Assembly (NCBI RefSeq): GCF_006345805.1
Contig: NW_021833906.1
Location: 1 to 52,951 of the forward strand
Source: Octopus sinensis
Lineage: Eukaryota
Direction: 5' to 3'
DNA: 52,951 nt
The position numbers and the translations under genes were made by a program. This document shows positions 12,592-26,166 of the stretch, in pieces. How positions within the stretch are numbered: position 1 is the stretch's first letter; the number at the start of each line of letters is the position of its first letter. Under the pieces are notes generated by a model that was given only the letters and a program-made list of their open reading frames with translations, was not told the origin of the DNA and did no database searches.

Positions 12592-12965
12592 GTGGCTCAT
12601 AAAAGGTGCCGTTTGAGCATGGTTGATGCCAGTGCTGCCTGACTGGCTCCCATGCTGGTGGCACGTAAAAAGTGCCATTCGAGCATGGTCAATGTCAGTA
12701 CAGCCTGACTGGCTCCTGTGCCGGTGGCACATAGAAGGCACTATTTGAGTATGGTTGATGCCAGTGCTGCTAGACTGGCTCCCGTGCTGGTAGCATGTAA
12801 AAAGCACCTATTACACTCTCGGAATGGTTGATGTTAGGAAGGGTATCAAGCTGTAGAAACCTTGCCAGACCAGATTGGAGCTTGGTGCAGCCTCCTGGTT
12901 TCCCAGATCTCAGTCAAACCGTCCAACCCATGCCAGCATGGAAAGCAGATGATGATGATGATGAT
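12592..12965 (+). mobile_element. RTE-type LINE 3'UTR copy with three degenerate ~67-bp units
   Basis: Family blocks as at 1657; (GAT)n tail at ~12948-12965. Confidence 0.75.
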
Positions 12966-13148
12966 TATTAACTCAGATTGTAGTGGCAGACGAAATACCT
13001 ACATTCTGAGTTCCAGTTCCACCAAGGTCGCCTTTGCCTCTCATCCCTTCAGGTGGCTGATAAATTAAGTACCAGTTATGCACTGGGATTGATGTGATCA
13101 ACTAGCTCCCTTCACCCCAAATTTTCAAGGCCTTGTGCATAAAGTAGA

Positions 13149-13190
<42 letters not shown>

Positions 13191-13234
13191 TATAATTATT
13201 AATAATAATATTATTATTATTATTATCATTATTT

Positions 13235-13535
13235 TCATATACACTCAACGGATTAGACTGTTGGAAAAGAAAACAAAATCCTAACATCAGGCTACAACAA
13301 GTACCCTTACATGCCAAGAACCCTCCCAAGTAGCCGAGCTGTCCCTAATAACACTGGGGCTGTACTAAACTGGGTTTCATGCCTATTTCCTATATCCATC
13401 AGTTCAGATCTTTAGGGATAGTTCCCTATGCACCCATAACTACTGGATATATTTTACCTGCACTTCCCACAGTCTCTGTAATTCAACAGCTAGGTCTTGG
13501 TACTTTGCTATTTTTTCTATATCTGTCATATCAAT
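13235..13535 (-). mobile_element. Degenerate R4/Dong-type RLE LINE 3' fragment
   Basis: Minus-strand translation DIEKIAKYQDLAVELQRLWEVQVKYI..MGA*GTIPKDL matches the K..KY..L and G.LG motifs of RLE domains. Confidence 0.75.
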
Positions 13536-13828
13536 GTTGTTATCATCATCATCATCACCACCACCACCACCACCACCACCACCACCACCACCACCACCAT
13601 CGTCATCATTATTATTATTATCATCATTATTATTATTAGGGCTGTGAAATGGCAGAATTGTGAGCACATCAGACAGAATGGTTAGCAGTATTTCGTCCAT
13701 TAAGACTGATTTTTACTTTTCATTCTTTTGGGGTCGGTAAAAAAAAGTACCAGTCAAGTACTGGAGTCCATGACATCAACTAGCTCCCTTCCTCCAAAAT
13801 TTCAGGCCTTGTACAAGTTGTAGAAAAG

Positions 13829-13876
<48 letters not shown>

Positions 13877-14041
13877 GAGTGAGAGAGCAATTCATGCCAT
13901 CAAAGTGACACTGGGGTAAAATATACGAAGCCCAGTATACCCATCATGACTACCCGTCTCATAAGGGTACACCAGGCACATGCATCACAACATGGTGATC
14001 TCATATCCAAAATTTCAGGCCTTGTACAAGTTGTAGAAAAG

Positions 14042-14092
<51 letters not shown>

Positions 14093-14632
14093 GAGTGAGA
14101 GAGCAATTCATGCCATCAAAGTGACACTGGGGTAAAATATAAGAAGCCCAGTATACCCATCATGACTACCCGTCTCATAAGGGTACACCAGGCACATGCA
14201 TCACAACATGGTGATCTCATATCAAGATAAACAGCACATGACCTTACAGGTGGGGCCCAGTTAGAATTTTCTTCAGGTTGAGTAGCCCATCCCGCTCAAA
14301 AGGTCCCTGAATAAGGGTTGTTTAAGGATGTTGAAAGAACCACCCATGTTTCCAGAGGTGAATTATTCAAACACCAAAGAATCTCTCTCAACACATGGCT
14401 ATGATGCTCCCCCACTACTTCTGCTCGTGATCAGAGATGCACATATCGTCAGCCACTAAGGGACATGCTCAACTGGTTAAGGTCAAACAACTGACAAGCA
14501 AATCTGTGGTACTGAGCAGAATATTTGCTGTAGCCCATCTTTTATACCAAGACAAAACAATGTACATGATAACACTTCCAATCAGTTAAGATCAGAAGCC
14601 ATGAGAGCCACTGCCTGGTACTGCATTAGGGC

Positions 14633-14633
<1 letters not shown>
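14093..14633 (-). mobile_element. Full-length ~540-bp family E element in (ATT)n
   Basis: Same ends as 35624-36148 and 36298-36852 (plus-strand GAGTGAGAGAGC ... CTGCATYAGGGC). Confidence 0.9.
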
Positions 14634-14671
<38 letters not shown>

Positions 14672-15494
14672 AAAACAGAGAATTGGCAAAATTTTGAGAG
14701 CAACTGCCAAAATATTTCTCACCATTTAATGAGTCATTTTCATTCTTACTTCAATTCCAACTGAGATCTCTTTTGGTTTTCTTCTATTTTATTATTTATT
14801 CTTCTAGCGGACGGTAGGGGGTAATATTGACAACATAAAGTCCTAATCAAGAAGTAGAACTAGTTTTGAGTGACCCCTATCTTAGACTTCGTAGCCTTGT
14901 CCATAACTCACAGGTCTGTCGTGAATTTCTGACCTGGTCACTGATACTCATTTTCAATTCATTGAAAACAGTTCTTTAAAGAATCAATAATTCTATAGAA
15001 CCGCTTTAGACTAACTTCTAACCAGAGAATTATGGTTCTCATGGGGGGCCTTTTCAAACACAATAGCAGCAGTTTCACCGTTTTATTCAGCATTCTACAA
15101 CGCAACACTTTCTGTTAAGTGTCCCACAGCACACATTATTGCTTCAATGTCTGATTTAAGACACTAAACCACGACAAGCTTCAAGCATTAATAGAAAAGA
15201 ATATATTACTGTCAATAATAAAAAATAAAAAGCAGTTCCTAATGGCATACAGCCAGGGCCATTTAACCCTTTTCAAACCAAACCCGTCCAAGACCAGCCT
15301 TGCTTCTATAATACAAACTTCCCATTTTAAGATGATCTAAATAAAAATTTCCCACTAAGCTTCATCATCACCATCACCCTCCTCCTCCTCCCCCCCTCCT
15401 CCCCCTCCTCCTCCCCCCTCCTCCCGTTATTAAACGGCTCTTCTATGATGTTGTTGCTGTTTATTTATAATGATTATAGCAATTTAGTGCTATA

Positions 15495-15736
15495 AGCAAA
15501 CAAACAAAAAGGAACGCAGTGTAAATAACGGACAGACTCGAGACTACTGAAAAGGTTGCAAGACGCAACAAAAACATTTGGGAAAATAAAAATAAGAAAT
15601 AAATGGAAATTTTACTGGTGAGTGTGTTACATTATAAGGCACAAAAAGAAAATGACTCTTTCCAGACACCACAGAATATGCTTCAACACACGAACTCACA
15701 TAAAGAATCTTGCAAACCAAATACAAAAACGAAATT
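15495..15736 (+). mobile_element. Interspersed repeat (family F) with a hammerhead-like variant
   Basis: Shared with 29990-30140, 22570-22832 and 52385-52460; contains CTA-CTGAAAA-G-GTTGC-AAGAC-GCAAC-AAAAACATTTGG. Confidence 0.65.
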
Positions 15737-16196
15737 TAGTGTTGATTAAATATAATTAAAAAAAATAGGTTAAATTTAATATATGCTGTAAGGGTATGGC
15801 CTAAGAGAAAATTAAACTTTTAATCTACTAGTTCCCATTCAATATTATATAGGTCTTAAGGGATATTAGTTAAACTATGGAAGGACCTAGGGATCGCTAT
15901 TGTCTGTCTGTGTGAACAGTATTATGCTGGGTATCTGTTGATGTTATTCCAGTTCTGGATGTGTTTTGTACTTAAATGAGTGCTTTACTAATTGAGAAAA
16001 CTCACTACAAGAGTAACAACGAAGCTATATATATATATATAATATAAACAAAGAAACACACAAATAAACACAAATTTACAAAATTATAAATAAACCAAAC
16101 ACACACACACACACGGAGTTAAAAAAGAATATGTAAACAGAGAAACACACAGTAACATGGTTAATATATAGAATGCTCTGAATTTCAATGTTTGTA

Positions 16197-16248
<52 letters not shown>

Positions 16249-16279
16249 TTTTCTACAACTTGTACAAGGCCTGTATTGT

Positions 16280-16498
16280 ACAATAATACGCAAAATACTC
16301 TCTATGTAATCCCAAGGTTTAAAACAAACTTTCTTTTTTTTTGTATTAGACATTCACTAGTACAACACCCAAAAAACCCCCCAAATATATGGTACACTAG
16401 GCATAACAACAACATGAACTTCCAACCTGTTGTCTCTTGAGGTCTCTGGGTGAGACTTGGAGCCAACTTGTACAGACATAAAGCAAAAGTCAAACATA

Positions 16499-16500
<2 letters not shown>
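16280..16500 (+). mobile_element. 3' end of another R4/Dong-like LINE (..IIRKILSM* plus 3'UTR plus (AAT)n)
   Basis: ATAATACGCAAAATACTCTCTATGTAA resembles the ILRK.L* terminus of the RLE ORFs in this window; followed by (AAT)n. Confidence 0.55.
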
Positions 16501-16540
<40 letters not shown>

Positions 16541-16544
16541 TAAT

Positions 16545-17124
16545 AGAAGGAATATAAGAGATGCCACGACAATATAGCCAGGCTTGTCCATTGGACGCTT
16601 TGCAACAAGTATGGACTTGACAGAGAAAAAAATTGGTACAACCACAAACCCGAAGGCATCATCGGAAATGGAAATGCAAAGATCCTTTGGGATTTTATGA
16701 TTCAGTACGACCATGATATAGAGAATAGGAAACCAGACATAGTCTTAATTGAGAAAGAAAACAAACTATGCTGGATCATAGATATAGCATGCCCAGCTGA
16801 CAACAAGGTATGCAATAAGGAAGAAAGAAAAGTAGAGAAATATGACAGGTTAGCTTGGGAAGTTAAGCAGTTGGGGTCAGTGAAAAAGCTGGTAGTAGTA
16901 CCAATAATTGTCAGAGCCCTGGGAACAGTGAATAAAAATCTTGAGAAGTACGTGGAACAAATAGGAGCTGCAATAAGCGTGGGGCACTTGCAGAAAACAG
17001 CCCTGCTTGGAACCACCTGAATACTCTGGAAGATGCTTGAAAACTAAGAGATGTTACCTTAGTTCACTTGTAGTGAACAGCTGACACTGTAGTACATCTC
17101 TAGCATTAGAAGCTGTGCAAAGGC
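16545..17124 (+). mobile_element. 5'-truncated R4/Dong-clade non-LTR retrotransposon (RLE domain) inserted in (AAT)n
   Basis: Translation with one frameshift: HDNIARLVHWTLC..WYNHKP..KILWDFMIQYDHDIENRKPDIVLIEKENKLCWIIDIACP..K..KYD.LAWEVKQL..VPIIVRALGTV..LQKTALLGT. This is the RHD, PD..D, K..KY restriction-like endonuclease signature, with a premature stop; (AAT)n lies on both sides. Confidence 0.92.
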
Positions 17125-17149
17125 AATGATGATAATAATAATAATAATT

Positions 17150-17590
17150 TTCAAATTTTGGCACCAGGCCAGCAATTCTGAGGGAGGACTAAGTTGATTA
17201 CATCGACCCTAGTGCTCAACTGGTACTTATTTTATCAACACCAAAAAAATGAAAGGCAAAGTCGACCTCGGTGGAATTTGAACACAAAACATAAAGACGG
17301 ACGAAATGTCGCTAAGCATTTCACCTGGTGTGCTAACGATTCTGCCAGCTCGCTGCCCTAATAATGGTAAATGACAATTCACTCTAATATAGGAACGAGG
17401 CCTGGAATTTTGTAGGAGAGGAAAGTTGATTACATTGACTCCAGTGCATGACTGGTATTTATTTTATCGACCCCTGGAAGGATGAAAAGCCAATCTGAAC
17501 TCACTGAGATTTGAACTCAGAAAATAAAACTGGAAGAAATACAGCAGGGCATTTTGTTCAAGAATGTAATGGTTCTGCTAACTTGCTTCC

Positions 17591-17637
<47 letters not shown>

Positions 17638-17709
17638 CAAATCACAGCACATACCCAAAGCACACAGCTGCACTCGGTAGTGAAGTGAAAGCACACTATA
17701 AAAATAAAA

Positions 17710-17751
<42 letters not shown>

Positions 17752-18068
17752 TATAATAATAATGATCCTTTCTACTGGAGGCACAGGGTCTCAGATTTGT
17801 GGGGAGGGGCCTAGTCGATTACATCGACCCCCCAATGTTTCACTGATACTTATTTTGTTGGCCCCCGAAAGGATGAAAGACAAAGCTGACCTCGGCGGAA
17901 TTTGAACTCAGAACATAGCTGCAGATGAAATAATGCTAAGCATTTCGTCCAGTTTGCTAACGATTTTGCCAACTCGTTGCCTTCATTAATAATGATTATA
18001 ATAATAATGATAATAATAAGGAAAGTATTATCTGTCTGAGGTCCTTGTTGTGACTAGACAGATGACTA

Positions 18069-18108
<40 letters not shown>

Positions 18109-18790
18109 GTAATAAAAATAATTAAAAAAATTTTTTTTTTACTACCCACAAGGGGCTAAACACAGAGGGGACAAACAAGCACAGACAAATGGATTAAGTC
18201 GATTATATCGATCCCCAGTGCGTAACTGGTACTTAATTTATCGACCCAGAAAGGATGAAAGGCAAAGTCAACCTCAGCGGAATTTGAACTCAATAGTAAT
18301 AATGATAATAATAATCCTTTATACTATATGTACAAGATCTGAATTTTGTGGAAGGGGTCTTGTACATTACATGAACTCCAGTCCTCAACTGGTTCCTTAT
18401 TTTATTGATCCCGAAAGGATGAAATATAAAGGTGGCCTCGGCAGCATTTGAACTCAGGACATGAAGTTGGAAGAAATGTCGCCGAGTATTTTGTCTGGTA
18501 TGGTAACAATTCTGCCAACTCACAGCATTTATAACAATAACAACAACAATAATAATAATAATAATAATAATGGTTTCGAATTTTGGCACAATGCCAGCAA
18601 GGTTGGGGGGGGGTAAAGGTGAGTCAATTAGATTGAACCCCGGTGTTTAGCTGGGAGTTATTCTGTCAGCCCTGATAGGATGAGAGAGAAAGTTGGCACC
18701 AGTGGCATTTGAACTCAAAACATAAAGACAGACGAAATGGCACCAATCAATTTGGCTGGCACGGTACCGATTCTGTCTGGCTTGCCACCT
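17150..18790 (-). mobile_element. Cluster of six family B SINEs separated by (AAT)n, plus tiny LINE 3' tips
   Basis: Copies at ~17150-17358, 17390-17592, 17767-17983, 18135-18290, 18315-18525 and 18571-18790; short inserts at 17640-17713 and 18030-18070. Confidence 0.8.
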
Positions 18791-18807
18791 TAATAATAAT
18801 AATGATG

Positions 18808-18850
<43 letters not shown>

Positions 18851-19031
18851 TAATAATAACCACAACGTTTTCTTTATTAAGCGCTAAGGGTTGACAACCA
18901 CTACTACAAACATTTACAACCCGGCCTACCCACAACAAATATTAACCAAATCCTCACCCAAAACCACAACAACAGCAATAGTAATAATAACAACAACAAC
19001 ACCACCAACAATAATAATAGTGATAATAATG

Positions 19032-19111
<80 letters not shown>

Positions 19112-19694
19112 AATAATAATAATAATAATAATAATATACTAGTAAGTAATAGTAAATACAAGTGCAGATTGTGGAGTAAGTTATACAGTCAAAGAATTTT
19201 AAGTGTCAAGCTAAAAGAGAATATTTTCTGAGAGAACGGAAGAATAAATGTAAGAATGGATGGAGATATAGAAATAGAGAAGTGAAGAATTTAGTTAGCT
19301 AAAACGAAATGAACTGCTTAATTCAAAGTGAAGTTCTTTGAACTTACCCGAAAATGTTTGGTATACAATGTTTACTAACGGTTTCATGTTTGATACTTAA
19401 TAGTCGTCGATAACCGGTTTAGTACTGACTATGGCAGAGGTAAAAGCTAAGCAGACGAGAGCGTGTGTATGTATATATATATATATATGACTGATTCGTC
19501 ACCGTTCTTGCTGTTGTTGTCATCAATGCCAGTATCATCATCACCATCATCATCGTCATCATCATCACCATCATCATCATCATCAACATCAGCATCCGTA
19601 TCTTTATGGTCGGCATCAGCGTCGTCGCTGTCGTCATTGTAGACATCGATGTTATTAATATTGTCATTACTGTTGCTGGTATTGTTACTAACAA

Positions 19695-19760
<66 letters not shown>

Positions 19761-20285
19761 TGTTATTATTATTGTTTTTGTTATGTGTTTCTTTTTGTTG
19801 CTGTTGTTGTTGCTACTCTACTACAAATGCCGAGGTGGTTGTATAGTCTAGTCAAAAGAAATCTAATTGTTCTCAGGTGTCATAAAAAAAGAAAGAAAAG
19901 AAGAAAGGAAGGAGGGAATGAAGAAAGGAAGACAAGGTGTATATGAGTACAATTACACACATGCACTTAGGCACACACACATATATTTATGTATATATAT
20001 ATATGAAGCTATATATGTGTGTATGTGTATCTATATCTATCTATCTATCTATATATATATACACATATATATATTTGTAATACACAGACATATACATACA
20101 CACATGTACATACAAACATACATACATACATACATATATACATATATACAGATAGACAGACACACACACACACATATATATATATATCATCATCATCATC
20201 ATCATCATCATCATTCTCCACCCGCTTTCCATACTGGTTGGATATGCATGTATATAAACCCACGCACACACACACACACACAGAG

Positions 20286-20316
<31 letters not shown>

Positions 20317-21147
20317 TGCGTACACACACATACAGACAAGGAAATATACTCCTACGTAATACTCCAAAATAAACATTGAGCATATTCGTGTAACACTCAG
20401 GTAGATGATGAGAGGAAAATCTATCTTCTGTGAGTCTCTTCACAGGTTGTGTTCCTCTTCACCAATATTCTTCTGCCTCGCTTTACCAATATTCACCTCA
20501 CTTTCACTTTCACCCCTCCTTTCTGTTCCGTTTTCACCTCTTACCCCCACTCATCTCCCCTTCAATACACTTCTCTTGTCCATCTCTTACTTCTTCTCCA
20601 AGCCTGGTTCCATTCCCCGACATCATTTTCTCTACTTCTTAGCTGGCAACCAAAATTCTATGGTAGGACATAAGCATCGCAATAACACTCTATAAATCCT
20701 TGATTAAATAAAGGCTTCTTTTTAAAACGGTAAGTGGTTGCTTAACAAAAATACGAGACAGGTGTAGCTGGAACATAATTGCATTCCATACCTGCAAACG
20801 CTTGCCAAAAGCCAAAAGGAAGTGGTTGGTGATACCGCAGAACAGCAACTTAGCAATAGTACTAATTCTAGCCGTTTCACTGTTGCACCTGTAATTCTTC
20901 ACCTGCTCCGATATCAAAGAAACTGTTTTCTGAAACCGAATCTCAAAGGTAGTTAGCTTTGTGAAAATAGATGACAATACATTTGGCATCAAAGTACCAA
21001 GATACCTACGACTATAAGCTTGCTTTCTAGGTTTTATAACAACCAGCAACAACTTCTGAAGCCTTGGAGTACTTTTATATTTCCCGAGTGTTAGTAATGG
21101 TAGCGCCGAATTCTTGAGAGAAGTAGTAGTACTAACAATGCTGAAAA

Positions 21148-21302
21148 CAGGCATGGCTGTGTGGTAAGACGCTTGCTTTCCAACCCACATGGCTTTGGGT
21201 TCAGTTCCGCTGTGTGGCACCTTGAGCAGGTGTCTTCTACTATATCCTCATGCCGACCAAAGCCTTGTTAGTGGATTTGGTAGACGGAAACTGAAAGAAG
21301 CC

Positions 21303-21365
<63 letters not shown>

Positions 21366-21578
21366 CATACATATATATATCTATGTATGTATATGTTTGT
21401 ATATGTTTGTGTGTCTGTGTTTGTCCCACCTCACCCTCACTTGACAACTGATGTCAGTGTGTTTACAACCCCCATAACTTAGTGGTTTGGCAAAAGAGAC
21501 CGATAGAATAAGTACTAGGCTTACAAAGAATAAGTTCAATTTGTTTGACTAAAGGCAGTGCTCCAACATGGCTGCAGA
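21148..21578 (+). mobile_element. SINE family A copy
   Basis: Colinear with 9383-9815. Confidence 0.85.
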
Positions 21579-21621
21579 ATAAATGAATATATATATGTAT
21601 GTATATATGTATATATATATA

Positions 21622-21668
<47 letters not shown>

Positions 21669-21689
21669 ATATTATATATATATACATAT

Positions 21690-21721
<32 letters not shown>

Positions 21722-21814
21722 CATATCCCTTCTTTCCTGAGTGTCCAATAATACTTTATTTGTTCCACGTCCTCGCGTTGTTGTGTTTTTTTTTGTGTTC
21801 TCTTGTTTGGATTA

Positions 21815-21864
<50 letters not shown>

Positions 21865-22040
21865 TATGTATATATATACTCACAAGCATGTATATTCATA
21901 CATGCTCTCATACTTACATATGTACACACACACACACACACACAAGCATACACACACAGAGGCATATATACATACGTTGGGTGGCAAGCTGGCAAAATCA
22001 TTAATATATAGGACAAAATGCTGCTAAGCATTTTGTCCTA

Positions 22041-22290
22041 TGTGGAGGTACGTAGCTTAGTGGTTAGGCTGTTGGACTCATGATCATAAGATTGTGGTTT
22101 CGATTCCTGAACTGGGTGATGCATTGTGTTCTTGAGCAAAACACTTCATTTCACGTTGCTCCAGTCCACTCAGCTGGCAAACATGAGTAACCCTTTGATG
22201 GACTGGCGTCCTGTCCAGGTGGTGAATTTCTACGCCACTGAAACTGGGAAACCGGCCCTTATCAGCCTGGCATGGCTTGAGAAGGAAACA
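22041..22290 (+). mobile_element. tRNA-derived SINE with a Meta-domain-like 3' module, nested in a family B SINE
   Basis: A-box TAGCTTAGTGG, B-box GGTTTCGATTCC; GATGGACTGGCGTCCTGTCCAGG..GAAACTGGGAAACCGG resembles the MetaSINE central domain (from memory). Host SINE B halves lie at 21980-22040 and ~22330-22465. Confidence 0.7.
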
Positions 22291-22469
22291 TTTGTTTCCT
22301 TCTTCTTCTATTTTGTTCTGTATTTTTACATTCAGTATTTTTCTGTTCTGGGTCCAAATTCTGGGAAGGTTGACTTTACCCTTCATTCTTTAGGGGTCGA
22401 TGGAATAAGTACATGCAGAGTACAGGAGTTGATGTAATTCACTAACCCCTCTTGTACTTGTAGCAGAAA

Positions 22470-22573
<104 letters not shown>

Positions 22574-22612
22574 GTTTTGGTATTTGGTTCGCAAGATTCT
22601 TTATATGATTTC

Positions 22613-22832
22613 GTGTGTTGAAGCAAGATTCTGTTGTGTCTGGGGAGAGTCATTTTCTTTTTGTGCCTTACAATGTAACACACTCGCCGGTAAAATTTTC
22701 ACTTTTTTCCCCCTTTTTTTCATATTTTTATTTTCGTAAAATAGTAGAAATTTTACCGGTGAGTGTGTTACATTATAGGCACAAAAAGAAAATGACTCTC
22801 CCCAGACACAACAGAATATGCTTCAACACATG
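22613..22832. repeat. Fold-back (inverted repeat) of family F
   Basis: TGTGTTGAAGCA..GCCGGTAAAATTT (22615-22698) pairs with AAATTTTACCGGT..TGCTTCAACACA (22748-22830). Confidence 0.85.
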
Positions 22833-22845
22833 GAATTATATATAT

Positions 22846-22898
<53 letters not shown>

Positions 22899-23241
22899 TA
22901 TAGGATAAAATTTTTTTCGGGAAAAAAATTTTATCAATGGCCAGCATATCAAAAAATGCTTTAAAGGTAAAATTTATAAAGGTAAAATATATATATATAT
23001 ATATATATATATAAGTAATAAAAAAATGGAGAAAAAAGACAAGAAAAACATCAATGCAAATATGTGGTACATGCAAAGTATTAATAAGATGCTCAAGGAA
23101 GAAAAAAAGGGTGCTTTATATTTTGAGCAAAGCTCTTCTTCAGAAAACAGAAGACAGAGGAAAGTCTGAAAGAAAAGGAAGATAGAGGGGAAAAAAATCA
23201 ACAAGAATCCACATCCACACACACACACACACACACACACA

Positions 23242-24115
23242 CAGGGTGTGGTGAATAAACTGTCGTCTAAATTATGCAAAAATGAAAATAATATTGACTT
23301 CTCATTTTAACAGATGATTTTACCAAAATTACATAAAAATATCTTGAAATACTAAAGAGTAAATTTATTCAATAAAATCGCCCTTGGCTTCAATCACGGC
23401 CTCCAGATGACTTCGGAATCTCCTGCAACTTCTCTGGATGGTCTCCTTGTTTAAGTTGGTGAATGCTGCCATAATCCTTGCCTTCAATTCATCTTTGGTG
23501 TTACAAGGAGTTTTGTTGGTCTCTCATTCAGCTGTGACCCACACATAATAATGAAGGGGGTTGCAGTCTGGGGAGTTAGGTGGCCAGATATTAGGGATGA
23601 TGTGGTTGCAGAAATTGTCTGACATCCATGACTGGGTTCTCCTGCTTGTGTGGCATGGTGCAGAGTCCTGTTGCCAGATATAGGGTCTTCCAGCAGCCAC
23701 CCTCTTGACCCATGGCAACACTACCTCCTCCTAGCACTTGATGTAGGCTTCCATGTCGAGTCTGAAGCCATGTGGGAAGGTGAATGGAGGCATAATGTCG
23801 CCATCACTAGTGATCACTCCAAACACCATGATGTTGACTGGATGTCTGATTTTTATCACTCTCAGTACATGTCCTCAGATTGACACCCAAACACTTTGAA
23901 ATATTCGTATCGGAGCTTGCGGCACAAATGCTAAGCAGTAGAGTATGTTGTTTCCAAATTTCTGGCAGAGTAAACTGTGTCATGGTGCTGTTTTTCACAC
24001 AGATGCTACCCAACTGACCCTACTATACTGTGTAGTTGACAAAATCAAAAACAAACAATGTATGTGCATGAAATAAAATAATATAAAATGACGATAATTT
24101 ACTCATCACATGCTG
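23242..24115 (-). mobile_element. Internally deleted Tc1/mariner DNA transposon, DD37D (maT) type
   Basis: Minus ORF 23524-23721 reads WQQDSAPCH...IWPPNSPDCNPLHYYVW, with 37 residues between the second catalytic D and the third position (here mutated to H). Imperfect 26-bp TIRs: CAGGGTGTGGTGAATAAACTGTCGTC (23242) vs the reverse complement of 24090-24115. Confidence 0.88.
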
Positions 24116-24477
24116 TCTATAATGCTCAGACAAGGCCCACAATAGAGGCCCTTTCCCAAATCTGAGACAGGGTTGTTGCTATGCACTTAGACGTCCAGCA
24201 CTGCATTTAGAGATGAGCCAAACAACTGACCAATACCCAACCACTGTTAGATACACTCCAGCCTTCGGTCCACAAGCATATTCTCTTGTCTCTTTGCTAC
24301 AATAATGACTCCTGTCCCACAGAACTGGTTACCCCTGTATCAACCTCAATCATGTACCCTTGGCTCAGTCATCTCTCCTTACCTCATTATCCTCGTTACA
24401 TCCAGCTCCTCACCAACCTCTGTCTTCAGTCTTTCCTCCCAAGAACATAGGCCTTCTGGAATCTTCTCATTCGTGTC

Positions 24478-24930
24478 CAGCACTGGATTAACCACTAAGC
24501 AGAATAAGCACATGCTTAGGTCATCAAGGGAAGTAGGGCATTACAGAAATGGTAAATGGTTTGTGGCACAAAAGAAATCATTTTAAAATTGGTAAATGGT
24601 TTATGGCACAAAAGAAATCACTTTAAACTTGTGAATATGATATTCAAAGTGGTTTATATGATCAAAAATATAATTTCAAAGTGTTCATGTTGTTATAGTG
24701 AGGTTCTGATCAAAGACTTTGTAATTAGAAAAAATACGAGAAAACTTTCCAAATATAAGTAAAATGGAGGTATACAAAACTAAACATTATTTTCCATTAT
24801 ACTGTTCATATTTGGTTTATTTTGAAAAATGAAAGTTCATTTTTATGGTTTATTATTGTTTATATTTTGAATTACAAATATATGGGGGTAGCAAAATCCT
24901 TTAAGTGCTTAGGGCTTCAATGGGTCTTAA
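24478..24930. mobile_element. Possible old non-autonomous DNA transposon
   Basis: Ends CAGCACTGGATTAACC.. and ..GCTTAGGGCTTCAATGGGTCTTAA resemble CAGGGCCGGATTAA-type MITE termini. Internal duplication GGTAAATGGTTTRTGGCACAAAAGAAATCA occurs twice. Confidence 0.3.
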
Positions 24931-26166
24931 AAAAGACAAGTCATGTCTTTCCTATAGGAGCTGACCTGCAGACAAATATCTCTAGTGGCATTCAGTTACA
25001 GTAACTTATGTAGCAAGTTCAAATCCCTCCAGGGGTCACTGGCTATTTTTTTTTTTGTCCTTACAGGGTTCGTAGAATTAAAGTACCGGTCAAATACTAG
25101 GGTTCATATAACTGATTATATTGTCACCACAAAATATATAATTTTTTTATACACCCAGGCCTATTCGCCATTTTTTAGGAGTGGGTAGCTACAGCAAGAT
25201 ACACACCAGGCATTCCAGTCATTTCCCAGCTCAAAGAGGTGAGCCCTGTTCTATGCTTGGGTCAAGGTATAGAACGCAACCCCCAATATCAGCAGTGTAC
25301 CCCACTGCATCATGCTGGTTCCGTACCCCTTTGAGCCACATCAAATTCACTCATCCATCCACAAATTTTCTCCAAGCTTTCCTATCATTTATAAACTCTC
25401 TTGCCCCTCCCCTGGGTATGACTATAAACTACATCCAGTAGTGGGACCCTGGGGCCCTGCATTCAGGGTTTGAGGAGTGTGGAACCACCTCTTAGCCACT
25501 AGTGTTCCCAGGTCTACTCTGGCCTGGAGTGGTAGCACCTGTAAGGGTCCTAACTATTGGTTAATTAGCAAACCCCACTGCGACTGGTGAGGAGACCAGT
25601 AGAATGAAATCGTCGTATTCCCTGCATGGTGTAAGAGGTGACTAAAAGGGGCAGGAGCGAAGGGACTGGGAATCCACTTCTAGTAATTTCATATTCCTAT
25701 AAAGACAACAAGAAAAAGACACCCTTTCATAGCATCATGGGGAGGTATGGACTCACAGACTCACAGACTCACAGATTCATTCACAGACTCACAGACTCAC
25801 AGCTGTTCTGAAGGGGACCTGACGAGGATGAAGACATCTTTGCAATTATCAAGGAATGCACTAAGACACAACAACAGGGGAAAAAGAAAAGAAGAAGGAA
25901 GAAACGTAAAGTTGGTGGTGGGGGGGGGGAAATTCTAAAAAGAAGGGATGTGTCCAAAGAAGCTGAGTTCAAATCTGGTGTGTGGATTGTTTTGGGAAGC
26001 AACTGCTGGGTCATGAGGTTTTCTTGTCTTTTCCTCTGTTGCAATGCCATAACATCAATCATCATCATTGTCATTGTCAGCATCGTTTTTGTTGTTGTTG
26101 TCGTTGTTGTTGTCATGGTCGTCATCATCATCATCATCATCATCTCTACTGGCAGCACCACCACCA

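Noticed and set aside
20690-21220. 176-aa non-repetitive minus-strand ORF
   Set aside because: It starts inside an antisense SINE head and shows no recognisable motif in the frames I read; the region remains unexplained.
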